The notes: a model not told the origin generated them from the sequence alone. Positions 51,594-62,029 are shown, numbered from the stretch's first letter. The stretch: 64,000 nucleotides of DNA from an uncultured Desulfatibacillum sp. (GCA_964570965.1 CAZNAX010000001.1:105469-169468), one strand, 5' to 3'. A program made the numbers and translations.

Positions 51594-54500
51594 ATGACAA
51601 CACCACCACTCGCTGTGTACGGACTTTTCACCTATGGTGGTTCGTTCTACGGGTATCTCAGTGGATTTCCTGTATCGGACGACTTCAGAGTCTACGACTT
51701 CTGTTACCCAGTAGAAGCGGTCATGGGGTTGCTGTTTGCATACCCAGAAGTGACAGCTGCTCGCTTCGGCCTGCCATGGAATTGGTTCGATCCATCTTTT
51801 TCCTTTTGTATGTTCAGCGACGATGGAGCGGATTCTGGATTCCGTATTGATCTATCTGTGCCACAGCCCTACTACACAATCCAGTTCTCGGTAGAGCCTA
51901 TCAGTCTGCCACAAGACTTCTCTAACCTGGCGAGCAGCAGAGTCTTCATAGGTGTCTTCAACCAGTTCGGAAAAATGGGTGGCCTCCTTATTTCCGAGAA
52001 TGAGGGCATTGCCCTGGCACAGAGCGGTACTGGTCCGTACGTTACGCTTCCAGATTCGGCAGACATTTTTGCTGAGGGAGATGACTACTACGTCTTCCGT
52101 TTCACGATCAACGAGGCAACTGGCAAAGGAAATCTTTACGTCACAGCCAAGGCAGTTCTGCTAGCTACAGGAGTACATCAGCTTCGCTACACGTTCTCCC
52201 TGCTAGACTGCCTGGCCGGCGAGACAGACAACTTCCGAGTAGAAGTTCGCGGAACAGTAGCTGATCCATCTGAGATTCATCTCGGGTGTATCAGGATGGA
52301 TGATCGGGAAAAGATTCCAAATCAGCGTCCAGTAGCTGTACCTGGACCAGATCAAGCTGAGTTGATAGGCGGATACGCCTCCTTCGATGGGAGGAGTAGT
52401 TACGATCCAGAAGGTCAGCCTTTGAAGTTCTGGTGGAGCGTTGTTGAGGCTCCAGATGGAACAGCATACAGACTCAGAGTTGTCGGCTCTACTCCTACTG
52501 ATCCTACTGGCCATACGAATGTAGTGCTCTGTCCTGCTGGCCCACCTGCAGAGCCGTTCTCTGGGATCCTTGAGGGTGACATCTTTGTAAATGAGGATGG
52601 ATTCTCTCAGATCATGTATGTTGATCCTGGTGGTGATTACTTCGTTCTTACAGATGACATCCTCACAGCAAGTACGTCCATTGAAGGCTACGTTGCAAAG
52701 CAGTCTATTTGGGGTGGCGCTAGACTACCAACCGTTGTGCAAGATGTTCTGGATGTTCTAGACATTCCACCACCATTGCCAACTGATGGAGACACCTATC
52801 TAGTGGGCACTGCTCCAATTGGTCTATGGATCGGTAGGGCTGGGTACTTGGCTGCGTGGAGCAGTTCGGGTGGCGTATGGCTATTCACGCTTCCGTCCTT
52901 TGACAGTGTTGTGTACATCATTGCGAGGTTTGAATGCTATCGCCATGCAGGTGCCGGCCTCTGGTACGAATCGGCGCCAAAGGGTTGGGAGCTCGATTAC
53001 TGGGAGGGTAGGACTGCACCAATTGGTGTGGTACTTGTGGACGCTCTCCGTCTGTACGTGATCAATCTGCTTGTCAATGATGGCGAGATAGACAGCCTTC
53101 CAGCAGAAGTGCTCCTCAATTCCTATGAGACCAGTGTCATGTACGGTCTCACTCCCGATCTGAGCTTCGTATGGGGATTCATATCTGACTTCTGGAAGCT
53201 TGTCGATGGACGTGAGAAAGCCGAAACAATTTGGTCTGGGCTGGCACAGGTCTACTCTGATCTGCTCATGAGACTCTGGCAGTATGACTACTCCAAGAGC
53301 ATCATGGACATTCAGAGGCTCTTCCAGGTTCGTTGGATCGACTACAGTCTGGTGTACGAGGAGTCCAACTACGAGGAGCTCCCGGCTACTATCGAGAGTG
53401 CTATTGATAGCTCGAGCTATTCAATCGTTCCTGGAGTAGTAGGTCGATCCTATGACCTAGGAGTAACTGTAGCGAACGTTTCAGATCAGCATTACCTGGT
53501 GCTGGATGGCATTCCATACAAGATCATACGTGTTGAACAGGGAGCTACTACGACCGTCACAACCTCTGTGGCCATGCCCTATGATGACGTGCTAGGTGTG
53601 GAGACCGTACCACCAGGTTCTCCCGATGATGGGGATTCATACATGGTCGGTATCGGTGCTGGTGGGGCGTGGTTGGCACTAGATGGACAGATTGCCACGT
53701 GGGATGATGGGAGTAGCTCATGGGAGATCAGTGCTTCTACTCGTCCTAAAGCATGGATGATTAGAGCCAGCGTAACCTCGAGGTTCAGTAACTTCTCCGA
53801 CCTAAGAGTGTCTTCAGGGGATACAGCGACCTTCGAGGTAAGACTCTCTGACAGTGTGACGTACGTCGAGTGCTACATCTATGCCGTTCGTGGTGGTGTG
53901 CTAGTATTCGATCAAACAAATATTGCAAGCTATCTCGCTGACGACTCATACACGGTAAGGTTCAAGAGTGTCCTTCGTAGACACCAGATGCAGGTAGATA
54001 GCCTTGTAAAGGCAGTGCCGAGGCTGCAGGAAACGATAGCGATAAACAGAGTCTCAGGTGCCGCAGCCCCCTATCTGGAGAACAGAGACTACAGGATTGA
54101 GGAGATCACAACGATCGAGAACAACGAGGTCAACACGATCCAGTTCTACAATCTGTGGTATCCCTCTGTCCTGCGCGGCTTTGCCGGGTTCACTACTGCC
54201 CCAGATCATAACTACTTCTATGACAACACTGTCGACTTCGAGACAGCGTTCGGCGTAGACGCGGATCTCAGTGAGTACGTAATTGAGATCGAGGGTGGGA
54301 GCATCCATCGTCTTAGTTCTGTGGTCAGTGCCACTCAGGTAGAGCTATTTGACCCAGAGCTCGAGCTCGGTCTATCAGGAAAAAAGTGGTGGATACGTCA
54401 GTGTTACCTTCCACCAGCTACCTTGTGGGCAGAGATCACCTTCCTAAACAACAATCCGTTGATCGAAGCCAACTTTGGTTATCTAGTCGGCTTTGGGCTA

Positions 54501-56168
54501 GATCACCTTGCTGCTCGAACGGATAACCTGGATTACCTATCTGCTACTCAAGGACTCTGGTACTTCAAGTGGCACGGAAGGACACCGTACAACATCCGTG
54601 TAGGATCACAGATCATACTCGGTCTACCATTTGCAGAAAAGGCAGGTACGGTAGTAGACATCCAGGATCCGTTTGATGGAACAAGATCTAGGATACTGAT
54701 TCAAGACAGCGACAGTGATCTGATAGTGAGATCGTACTTCCTCCCAACAGTTGTTGGGATAGAAGAAAACCCAGCAACAGGACTTCCGTATGCTCCCGGC
54801 GATTCCATCACTCGATTTGCTCCACTCTCTAAGGGCGTTGACGTTGTAGACTACATTAGTGATCCAGAGTGGTTCAAGCCGTATGTAGGGTCAGGAGATT
54901 TCTACGAGGCGCAGAAAGTGCACAGCTTCGGAGTGATTGTGGACTCCGACGTGTACAATCTGACAAACCTAACATTCTTGATCGACTATATTCGTGGCTC
55001 GTGGGCTCGAGATGTAGTTCAGAACAAGCCTCCGTACACTTGGCCGCTGTTTGCCGTAGTCAAAAGGCTCTACGACACTATTGATGTGGCGGATCCAATG
55101 CAGTTCGGTCCCAGTCCTCCTCCGCTACCATATGTCTACCCGGAAGAGTGGCCCGACTACCCAATAGCTTTGACGTGGGGCGACTCTCCCTACGAAGTGA
55201 TAAGGGGAGTGGGGGCGCTGTATGGTGCAGACAAGAAGTTCCATGAACCTCCGCTATCACCGTCCAATACCAGGCACGGAACTCGGTATGAGGTGCTCTC
55301 TTCCGGAACTGGCGTGTTTGTAGGCCAAGGCGGGAAAGTAGCTATCTGGAACGCAGATACCGGTGTCTGGTCGTTCCTTCCTATAGTACCGGGAGAGCCA
55401 CAACGTACAGAGTTTGGCGGCCTACATCTATCCGATGTACCTGCTCGGATACCCGATGGCTGGTCGGGTTCGTGGTCTACTGGAGAGCCCGGAACCCATT
55501 CACCAACGAGGGCCGAGGGCACATTCAAGGTAGATGAGCGGAATACAAGTGGGCACGTCATCCACCACGTAGATGAACCTCTGCTGGCCGTCAACATCTT
55601 GACGGATGGCGACATGGAGGATGGGATTGACCCAGGACCAGGACGTCCATGGACGCTGTACGGAACACCAACTGCAGCTACAAAGATGAATGAACCTCCT
55701 GGTAAGGTTCATTCAGGAACGTTCAGTACCTGGATATCCTCTGGTGATCCGTATGAGGGGATAGTGCAGAGCTTTCCTGCTGTGGTCCCGACCGGGTTCC
55801 AGATTGGTGCCAGGGGAAGTCTGTACGTGGTCACCGGTGTTGCCCTCATTCGCCTTATTGATCAGAATGGTATTACCGTTCTAGCTGAGATCAAACGCAA
55901 CTTCCCGTCCGCTACGTGGATCGATTTCACCATACACGCATGGGAGGTCAGTAGATCGTTAGTAACACCGGTACCGCCGCAGATTCAGATCTTGACAGGA
56001 CCAGCTGGAGCAGAGTTCTATGTTGATGACGTGTCTGCATACCAGATCGTAATGCCATGGAGTCAATGGGGGGTTGATAGATCGATCATGGGAAGAACAG
56101 GTGGCTACACGTTTGGAGGGTCACCGGACGAGTACTGGGAGTTCAAAGCGTATGCTCCACTGCCTTAG
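51594..56168 (+). CDS. giant tail fibre/receptor-binding protein (1524 aa)
   Basis: PKD/Ig-like segment (PVAVPGPDQ...FDGRSSYDPEGQPLKFWWSV), three DUF2793-like repeats, and a C-terminal jelly-roll/CBM-like segment. Lies downstream of the baseplate genes. Confidence 0.75.
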   Translation: MTTPPLAVYGLFTYGGSFYGYLSGFPVSDDFRVYDFCYPVEAVMGLLFAYPEVTAARFGLPWNWFDPSFSFCMFSDDGADSGFRIDLSVPQPYYTIQFSVEPISLPQDFSNLASSRVFIGVFNQFGKMGGLLISENEGIALAQSGTGPYVTLPDSADIFAEGDDYYVFRFTINEATGKGNLYVTAKAVLLATGVHQLRYTFSLLDCLAGETDNFRVEVRGTVADPSEIHLGCIRMDDREKIPNQRPVAVPGPDQAELIGGYASFDGRSSYDPEGQPLKFWWSVVEAPDGTAYRLRVVGSTPTDPTGHTNVVLCPAGPPAEPFSGILEGDIFVNEDGFSQIMYVDPGGDYFVLTDDILTASTSIEGYVAKQSIWGGARLPTVVQDVLDVLDIPPPLPTDGDTYLVGTAPIGLWIGRAGYLAAWSSSGGVWLFTLPSFDSVVYIIARFECYRHAGAGLWYESAPKGWELDYWEGRTAPIGVVLVDALRLYVINLLVNDGEIDSLPAEVLLNSYETSVMYGLTPDLSFVWGFISDFWKLVDGREKAETIWSGLAQVYSDLLMRLWQYDYSKSIMDIQRLFQVRWIDYSLVYEESNYEELPATIESAIDSSSYSIVPGVVGRSYDLGVTVANVSDQHYLVLDGIPYKIIRVEQGATTTVTTSVAMPYDDVLGVETVPPGSPDDGDSYMVGIGAGGAWLALDGQIATWDDGSSSWEISASTRPKAWMIRASVTSRFSNFSDLRVSSGDTATFEVRLSDSVTYVECYIYAVRGGVLVFDQTNIASYLADDSYTVRFKSVLRRHQMQVDSLVKAVPRLQETIAINRVSGAAAPYLENRDYRIEEITTIENNEVNTIQFYNLWYPSVLRGFAGFTTAPDHNYFYDNTVDFETAFGVDADLSEYVIEIEGGSIHRLSSVVSATQVELFDPELELGLSGKKWWIRQCYLPPATLWAEITFLNNNPLIEANFGYLVGFGLDHLAARTDNLDYLSATQGLWYFKWHGRTPYNIRVGSQIILGLPFAEKAGTVVDIQDPFDGTRSRILIQDSDSDLIVRSYFLPTVVGIEENPATGLPYAPGDSITRFAPLSKGVDVVDYISDPEWFKPYVGSGDFYEAQKVHSFGVIVDSDVYNLTNLTFLIDYIRGSWARDVVQNKPPYTWPLFAVVKRLYDTIDVADPMQFGPSPPPLPYVYPEEWPDYPIALTWGDSPYEVIRGVGALYGADKKFHEPPLSPSNTRHGTRYEVLSSGTGVFVGQGGKVAIWNADTGVWSFLPIVPGEPQRTEFGGLHLSDVPARIPDGWSGSWSTGEPGTHSPTRAEGTFKVDERNTSGHVIHHVDEPLLAVNILTDGDMEDGIDPGPGRPWTLYGTPTAATKMNEPPGKVHSGTFSTWISSGDPYEGIVQSFPAVVPTGFQIGARGSLYVVTGVALIRLIDQNGITVLAEIKRNFPSATWIDFTIHAWEVSRSLVTPVPPQIQILTGPAGAEFYVDDVSAYQIVMPWSQWGVDRSIMGRTGGYTFGGSPDEYWEFKAYAPLP

Positions 56169-56177
56169 GAGGTCGCG

Positions 56178-56486
56178 TTGTTCTACATCGAGATTGATGA
56201 CAAGGTCGGTTTCATATTCCCGGTTGATGCTGCCAGCGTAGAAGATGACGAGCAGATACTGTCCGGACCAGCTCCAGCAGCGCCACCAGCTCCTGGAGTT
56301 GATCCGTGGAATGGTCCCTACGGTCATCCAGTGACAGAGTGGACAACCGCAAATGGCTATCCAGCAGTAGGCTTTGGTGGAGCTCCAGGTTACAGTCTAG
56401 CCCCACCAAAGTCCTGGAAGGTAGATGTTCCTCTTCCAGATGGCTGGTATACTCGGATTTCAAGAAGGGACAAATACTCCCGATGA
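56178..56486 (+). CDS. hypothetical Pro/Gly-rich protein
   Basis: AGGAGG 5 nt before TTG 56178; 102 aa. Confidence 0.55.
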   Translation: MFYIEIDDKVGFIFPVDAASVEDDEQILSGPAPAAPPAPGVDPWNGPYGHPVTEWTTANGYPAVGFGGAPGYSLAPPKSWKVDVPLPDGWYTRISRRDKYSR

Positions 56487-57241
56487 GTAAGACCCGATCG
56501 ACGTTCAAGGATGATGTTCGCGTCCATGAGAACTTCAACATCAGGATGCATAAGCCTGGTGGAGGGGATGATCAGTGGCGTGGAGGTGGGGGAGATGGCG
56601 CTCCTCCAATCAAGGTGTTCTCCAACGTCAGTCTCAGACTACGTGATCCAAAGAGCAATCAGGTAGTGGATGAGCGAGAAGATCATAACATCTTCCTCAA
56701 CTACGGAAGAGATTGGCTAGCTCGACTCATTGGGTTGGATACGGGCGGCTCTCCTTTCCGAAGTGATCGAGTCAAGCTTGTTGCTTTTGGGATCGGCGGC
56801 ACTGCTCAGCTTGTTCCATCAGCGGACATCCGTCTCCAGTATCCTGGATTCCCAAATGATTGGGTAGGTGGCGCCGGAACTGGCGATCCTACTCAGACCC
56901 AGATAGATCCTGATGTGACTGCATTGGAGTGGCCGGTCGAAGTGGTAGTCACTGACTACTACGATCTGATCAGCCAGCCCAATACGTTTCCTGGATCAAC
57001 AGGTGTCATACGCTTCACGTCTGTTCTCGGTCTTACGGAGATAAGCTTCGGCGCTCACCCAAGCGTTCCTCTCTCCGAGATAGGTCTATTCACTGAAGGG
57101 GTGGTAGACGAATCGATTCCACCGGTAGTATCTGCTGGGCTTCCAGCTGATAAGTATATGATCGCGTACCATACTTTTGACACGCTCTCCAAGACGACTT
57201 CTTTTGTCCTAGAAGTTGATTGGGAGATCAGGTTCTCATAG
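56483..57241 (+). CDS. hypothetical tail-module protein
   Basis: ATG 56483 forms an ATGA overlap with the upstream stop. Track ORF 56306..57241 is trimmed to it. Confidence 0.65.
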   Translation: MSKTRSTFKDDVRVHENFNIRMHKPGGGDDQWRGGGGDGAPPIKVFSNVSLRLRDPKSNQVVDEREDHNIFLNYGRDWLARLIGLDTGGSPFRSDRVKLVAFGIGGTAQLVPSADIRLQYPGFPNDWVGGAGTGDPTQTQIDPDVTALEWPVEVVVTDYYDLISQPNTFPGSTGVIRFTSVLGLTEISFGAHPSVPLSEIGLFTEGVVDESIPPVVSAGLPADKYMIAYHTFDTLSKTTSFVLEVDWEIRFS

Positions 57242-57250
57242 GAGTGAAGG

Positions 57251-59929
57251 ATGACTCTTCCACATCGTATCAACATCACAAGCGGTGGAACTGGTGCTGA
57301 TCCTGGCGAAATGTTTTTTGGTTGTCAGGTAGACCGTATCGACGGCCCTCCTGGTACAGGATCCCGCGCCTTTTCTCCTGGTGAGGACGCGCTCTCCAAG
57401 AACTTCAACCGTTCGGCATTCGCCCTCGCTGAGAACGATGAGTATCTCGGAGACATCGTAGTCAAACGAGAGCTGGCGTACAAAGAAGTGGGTGTGCTTG
57501 CAGCCTTCAGTGCGAACAACATCAAGATAGATCCAAGTGGTGCTTCGCTGGGAAACGTGAACTACACGGGCAGCCTCTACCTTGGGGAAGCTGGGTGGCC
57601 GGCATCTCAAGAGAACCTCGACAGCCTCTTCCAGCTCTTGGACGAGAACTACAACGAGGTGATCGTTGATGGCGTGGAAGTGAAGATCACTTCGATCCAA
57701 GCTCCACGAGCAGTGGGGGACGAGTTCGTCACCACAATCACCCAGCTCAATCTCAACAAGACCGTACCATCAGCGAACTATAGGATCGCCTACGGCAGAG
57801 GGACTACGCTCGAGAACATTCCCGCCTACTCTTTGATAGGAGCAGACATCCGTGGTCTGCATGAAGCAGCGGGCGAGACGAACCGCAAAGCGTTCGTGGT
57901 GTGTACTCCTGCCGGTGGAACTGGCGACTTTGCGGGTGCTGATGCCGTTCTCAATGCACTAGCAGCGTACCCATCTGGGGATGTGGTGATCTTCATCAGA
58001 AACGGCAGCTACAACATAGCCAATGCTGGGATCACAGCAGTTCCAAGAGGAGTGACGCTGGTCGGAGAGGCGGTTTCTGGTCCTGGAGTTGCGAACGGGG
58101 TCATTCTACTTCTCAATGGTGCTGGTGGAATTGTACTCCTGGGAGCCGATAGCCACATCGAGAAGATCCAGTTCAGGGCGGCCACACCTGATGGGACACA
58201 AATCCTTGCCGTGTTCAACGCCAACTGCTCACTGAGAAACGCATCGATTGATCAGTTGAAGTTGTCCGTTTCTGGAGACTGGAGCACGATCGAAAACGTC
58301 AGGATCCTACCATACGACGTTGCGATCGAAGCTGATCAGTCCAATCACAGCAAGTTCAAGAACATCGAAGTCTCAGAGCCGGCTGTAGATACCGCGAGTG
58401 AGCTGGTCCTGTTCAGTGGAAACACTGAAGGACTCGTAGTCACTGATCTGAATGTGACCATCACTACGGCTGGATTCAGTGTAGGAGGGATCACACTATC
58501 TGGAGCGGCCACCTACTTTCAGAGAACTCGATTCGATAACTGCTACGTGCAGTCTCAAGATGGCATTGCGCTGTCCATTATCGGCAAGTGTTGGGGAGTG
58601 TCTTTTGAGGACTGCGCGTTTTACAGCGATAGAACGATCGTAGACACTGGATCAACAGTGTACGATCTGGATATCAGTTTCAGAAACTGCTACTTCGACA
58701 ATCAAGGATCGGCCTGGTACAGAACGCACGCAGCTCGATTGATGAGCACGACCCCGTCTGGCGGATTCACCAGCACAGGTGGTGTTGTTCTGGAGAACTG
58801 CCACTTCTCCGATTCATATTGTACTGGAAATACTGATCCCGCTGATCCGGGTGGAGTGCCAACTGCTGGTGTAGCATTTCCTGTACTAGAGTTTTCAGGT
58901 GTCAGTGGCAGGAACGTTTCCTTTCAGCGAACTCTGCTTGCTTACAACGTTGAAGACTCCCCGTGGATGAGTTTGAGTAACTGCAGGATCAATGGAGTAA
59001 CCCTCAATGCTTCAGGCGGAACGTTCACCCCATTCAGCTATGCAGGCTATAGTGATGGGATCATCGAAGTACTGGGGCAGAGTTTCATAACTGATCTGAG
59101 ATACGTAAATGCTCTGAAGGATGAAGTTCACAGATCAGTAGTCTTTGTCCACAACACTGCTGACTATACCAGCACGACTGATGTAGCCACTGATCTCCCG
59201 GCAGTGATAGACGGCCTGCACATCGCATTCGATGATGGTAGCGCTTACTTCAATAGTGAGACACCAGCCCCGTATGAACACGGCATGCTGCTTACGATGG
59301 ATGGTAATGCCATAGTTCGTCGATTTGTGATGAACAATGACGTGAAATTCCAAGTGAAGACCACCATGGTCACAAACTATACCAATGTTCTGATTCTGCT
59401 AAAGGGTCGATATAACACTTTCGAGGACTTTCAGATCTATTTGAAGGCTGTTGATCAGGGTACTGTGTCTCGAGTCATTGTGATCGGTTCTGCGGATAAT
59501 GATCACCAGAACATCGTGCAGAACGGCAAGATTCACATAGAGCATACCGTGGTGGATGCACTGAAGTACCCAATACACGCGATCAGTGCGTTGTACGGTT
59601 CTGGTGTGATCGTCAACGGTGTAACTGTATATATGACAACGCCAGATACTGATATGCGTGCTATCTATATCAATTCGTTCTTTTCCAGGGTGGTCAACTG
59701 TCATGTGGACATTGATGGCGATTGCGCGACTGAGAGCGGACTGATCGCCTTTGATAGCGACGGCATAAACGGCCCAGCAGAGACTTGCACGTGCATAGGG
59801 AACATCATGCGAGCACGTACACTACTAGCCGGCCCACCAACTATAGTCGTTGGTGGCGGTGGCACTCTTGGTGCAGATGTTGGAAATGTTCTGATCAAAC
59901 AGACTACTCCCGCCTATCCTACTGAGTAG
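57251..59929 (+). CDS. tailspike-like protein with a right-handed beta-helix (pectate-lyase-fold) region
   Basis: FIRNGSYNIANAGITAVPRGVTLVGE followed by many N/C/F-containing ~25-aa turns (NCYVQS, NCYFDN, NCHFSD, NCRING). Confidence 0.65.
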   Translation: MTLPHRINITSGGTGADPGEMFFGCQVDRIDGPPGTGSRAFSPGEDALSKNFNRSAFALAENDEYLGDIVVKRELAYKEVGVLAAFSANNIKIDPSGASLGNVNYTGSLYLGEAGWPASQENLDSLFQLLDENYNEVIVDGVEVKITSIQAPRAVGDEFVTTITQLNLNKTVPSANYRIAYGRGTTLENIPAYSLIGADIRGLHEAAGETNRKAFVVCTPAGGTGDFAGADAVLNALAAYPSGDVVIFIRNGSYNIANAGITAVPRGVTLVGEAVSGPGVANGVILLLNGAGGIVLLGADSHIEKIQFRAATPDGTQILAVFNANCSLRNASIDQLKLSVSGDWSTIENVRILPYDVAIEADQSNHSKFKNIEVSEPAVDTASELVLFSGNTEGLVVTDLNVTITTAGFSVGGITLSGAATYFQRTRFDNCYVQSQDGIALSIIGKCWGVSFEDCAFYSDRTIVDTGSTVYDLDISFRNCYFDNQGSAWYRTHAARLMSTTPSGGFTSTGGVVLENCHFSDSYCTGNTDPADPGGVPTAGVAFPVLEFSGVSGRNVSFQRTLLAYNVEDSPWMSLSNCRINGVTLNASGGTFTPFSYAGYSDGIIEVLGQSFITDLRYVNALKDEVHRSVVFVHNTADYTSTTDVATDLPAVIDGLHIAFDDGSAYFNSETPAPYEHGMLLTMDGNAIVRRFVMNNDVKFQVKTTMVTNYTNVLILLKGRYNTFEDFQIYLKAVDQGTVSRVIVIGSADNDHQNIVQNGKIHIEHTVVDALKYPIHAISALYGSGVIVNGVTVYMTTPDTDMRAIYINSFFSRVVNCHVDIDGDCATESGLIAFDSDGINGPAETCTCIGNIMRARTLLAGPPTIVVGGGGTLGADVGNVLIKQTTPAYPTE

Positions 59930-59965
59930 CTTCCGCGTGATACCATCCACTAAGGAGGTTCACTC

Positions 59966-60385
59966 ATGGATGAGATCATTATTATCTTCCTAAGCTGGCA
60001 GTTCCTTCTGGTTACGTTTGCCATCTACCTCATGTTCGGTCTGTTCAATGGGATCAGAGAATGGGAAGGGATTGGTCACTACCTATGGATCTTGGGTGGT
60101 AGACCAAGTCTGAGATGGCTACGGAAGCTCTTGAAGCTCATGGAAGCGCTCAAGGTTCCGATGCTAGCTCTCATGGGATTCGGTCTCGGTTGGTTACCAG
60201 GTATGCCGAGACCTACTCCATTAGAGAGCAGTTCCACACTGACGTTGGCTATCCTGTACGCCATTGCCGGTATCTTCTCCATGTTCATAGTCAAAGCGAT
60301 CAGAAAAGCTCTTGAGGCTAGAGGAATTGACATCGATCTGGATATGCAGCCAAAGACGCAGATCGGTAAGAGGAAGTTCTCGTGA
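59966..60385 (+). CDS. multi-pass membrane protein (holin-like candidate)
   Basis: 139 aa with about 3-4 hydrophobic spans; AAGGAGG SD. Confidence 0.55.
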   Translation: MDEIIIIFLSWQFLLVTFAIYLMFGLFNGIREWEGIGHYLWILGGRPSLRWLRKLLKLMEALKVPMLALMGFGLGWLPGMPRPTPLESSSTLTLAILYAIAGIFSMFIVKAIRKALEARGIDIDLDMQPKTQIGKRKFS

Positions 60386-60822
60386 TCAACAGGATGACAA
60401 TCGAGTCGTTTCGTGACGAGCTGTGCAAGATCGCAGAGGGAGACGCAGTACCACTTGTAAGGTGGCTCCCAAAGGATCCAGATAAAGCATTGCATCGTAT
60501 ACGGAATCACATAGACCGATCGACTAAAGAGATCTTAGGTCACAAGAACGTTGCTGTGAGAGCCAAGAAGCTTGGAGACCTAGAGCAGCTTGGTTTCAAA
60601 AAGACTAGGATGTCTGTACCACTGCCGGGAGAACGTATGGGAACGCACTCTTGGAGAAAAGGCGATCTCCATGCTCATCTTCTTGGCGAGCACTACTTGA
60701 TGCATAGAGACAGAACAGAGCCAAAGGGAGTACTAAGATCAGCTATTCACGTCGTCAAAGAGGGTATTCCAGCAGCGGTACGTCGGATCAGGAATAGGAA
60801 AGAGATAGAGGTATCCAGATGA
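60382..60822 (+). CDS. hypothetical basic protein
   Basis: 146 aa. Confidence 0.55.
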   Translation: MINRMTIESFRDELCKIAEGDAVPLVRWLPKDPDKALHRIRNHIDRSTKEILGHKNVAVRAKKLGDLEQLGFKKTRMSVPLPGERMGTHSWRKGDLHAHLLGEHYLMHRDRTEPKGVLRSAIHVVKEGIPAAVRRIRNRKEIEVSR

Positions 60823-61148
60823 TCATATTCTTGAAGTGGGCGTACTACTGGTCCAAAAGAAACTGGAAGTGGATTCTCTTTCCTATTGGAGCGGCAATAA
60901 CTCTTGCCGGATACATCGCTGGCAGATCAAAGAAGTTGGTACTGGTTGCTCCAGATCTTGGTGATGCTGGTGAAACAGCAATCGATGCTACCGTAGCAGC
61001 TGGTGAAGAACGTGATCGGAAGTTAGAAGAGCTGAGAGAGAAGAATCAAGCACGCCTTGAGACATTGAATATTGAGCAACAGAAAGAGCTTGAAGGGTTG
61101 AAAGACAAGTCGCTAGAAGAGGTGGTAGCATGGTTCGACAAGATCTAG
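60819..61148 (+). CDS. N-terminally anchored coiled-coil membrane protein (i-spanin-like, tentative)
   Basis: TM WILFPIGAAITLAGYIAG followed by a charged helix. Confidence 0.5.
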   Translation: MIIFLKWAYYWSKRNWKWILFPIGAAITLAGYIAGRSKKLVLVAPDLGDAGETAIDATVAAGEERDRKLEELREKNQARLETLNIEQQKELEGLKDKSLEEVVAWFDKI

Positions 61149-61675
61149 TAGTTCTCTTCGTAGTCTTGTCCCTTCTGATTTCCACAACAGCTTCAGCGGA
61201 GGAAGCGATATGCGGTCCTCAAGACTATGCCAGCAGCTCTCAGCCCAACTTCGAGTGCCCCAGCCCTGGTGAAGCAGAAATGGTTCCTGATCTACATCCT
61301 CCAGCATCCATTCCAGTAGCAGCTAATGCACAAGTGAAGGCTGTGTGGGATGGAGCTCTCGTACATCGTGATCGTCTTGTAGAGGTCGGCCTTCGTGTTA
61401 GGGCCATACGCAGACTCCGGTGGGCTGATTCGCTTCGTATGGTTGCTGAGTACGCGGTCAATCTGGAGCATGTGCGTACGGTGAGCAGGATACAGCTAGA
61501 GCACATGTCGGCGCAGAGAGACGCCTACGAAGAGAGATGGCGAGCAGCTGAGGAACGTGTGCTCAGATCGGAACGATGGTGGCATAATCCAGCCCTCTGG
61601 ATAGGGGTTGGTATGGTAGTCGCTGGGTGCCTATTTGCGCTGGCTTCCTACGGCCTTTCAGCAGTCTCAGACTGA
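61130..61675 (+). CDS. secreted/membrane protein with an N-terminal signal-like segment and a C-terminal TM
   Basis: LVVLFVVLSLLISTTASA at the N-terminus and LWIGVGMVVAGCLFALASYG at the C-terminus. Confidence 0.55.
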   Translation: MVRQDLVVLFVVLSLLISTTASAEEAICGPQDYASSSQPNFECPSPGEAEMVPDLHPPASIPVAANAQVKAVWDGALVHRDRLVEVGLRVRAIRRLRWADSLRMVAEYAVNLEHVRTVSRIQLEHMSAQRDAYEERWRAAEERVLRSERWWHNPALWIGVGMVVAGCLFALASYGLSAVSD

Positions 61676-61688
61676 TCCATGACTAGGT

Positions 61689-61759
61689 AAGAAAGAAGAC
61701 CCAGGAGAACACGAACCGCGACAGGGCATGGAACTGCGCGCGTCCGATCTCCTGGGTCT
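61689..61759 (-). terminator. 12-bp stem, 39-nt loop hairpin with a U-rich tail on the minus strand
   Basis: AGACCCAGGAGA (61697-61708) and TCTCCTGGGTCT (61748-61759) are exact reverse complements. The minus-strand 3' tail reads UCUUUCUU (61689-61696). It lies between convergent gene blocks. Confidence 0.45.
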
Positions 61760-61819
61760 CAAGTTGGAAGAGAGAAAGGATTAGCTCCTCCACCTCACCA
61801 TTCTTATACCACGAACGTA

Positions 61820-61942
61820 CTAGTAGTTCACGATCTCCCTAGCAGCGCGTATGAGGACAGTTCGTGCCCTTTCCAACGTTGTAACGTTGTCCAGGCACAG
61901 TCCTACTAGCGTAGCAAGCTTCTTGATCTCTTCCAATGACAT
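61820..61942 (-). CDS. small ORF (40 aa), in frame with and downstream of the 251-aa gene; not in the ORF track
   Basis: Hand translation MSLEEIKKLATLVGLCLDNVTTLERARTVLIRAAREIVNY; GAGGA about 10 nt upstream of the ATG. Confidence 0.3.
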   Translation of the reverse strand: MSLEEIKKLATLVGLCLDNVTTLERARTVLIRAAREIVNY

Positions 61943-62029
61943 CTTTCTAAGATCCTCGTCAGTCAATTTGATGCAGGGATCACCGTCCTGAAAACGTTTG
62001 ACGGTCCCGCCGTCTGACTTACGATCTCT

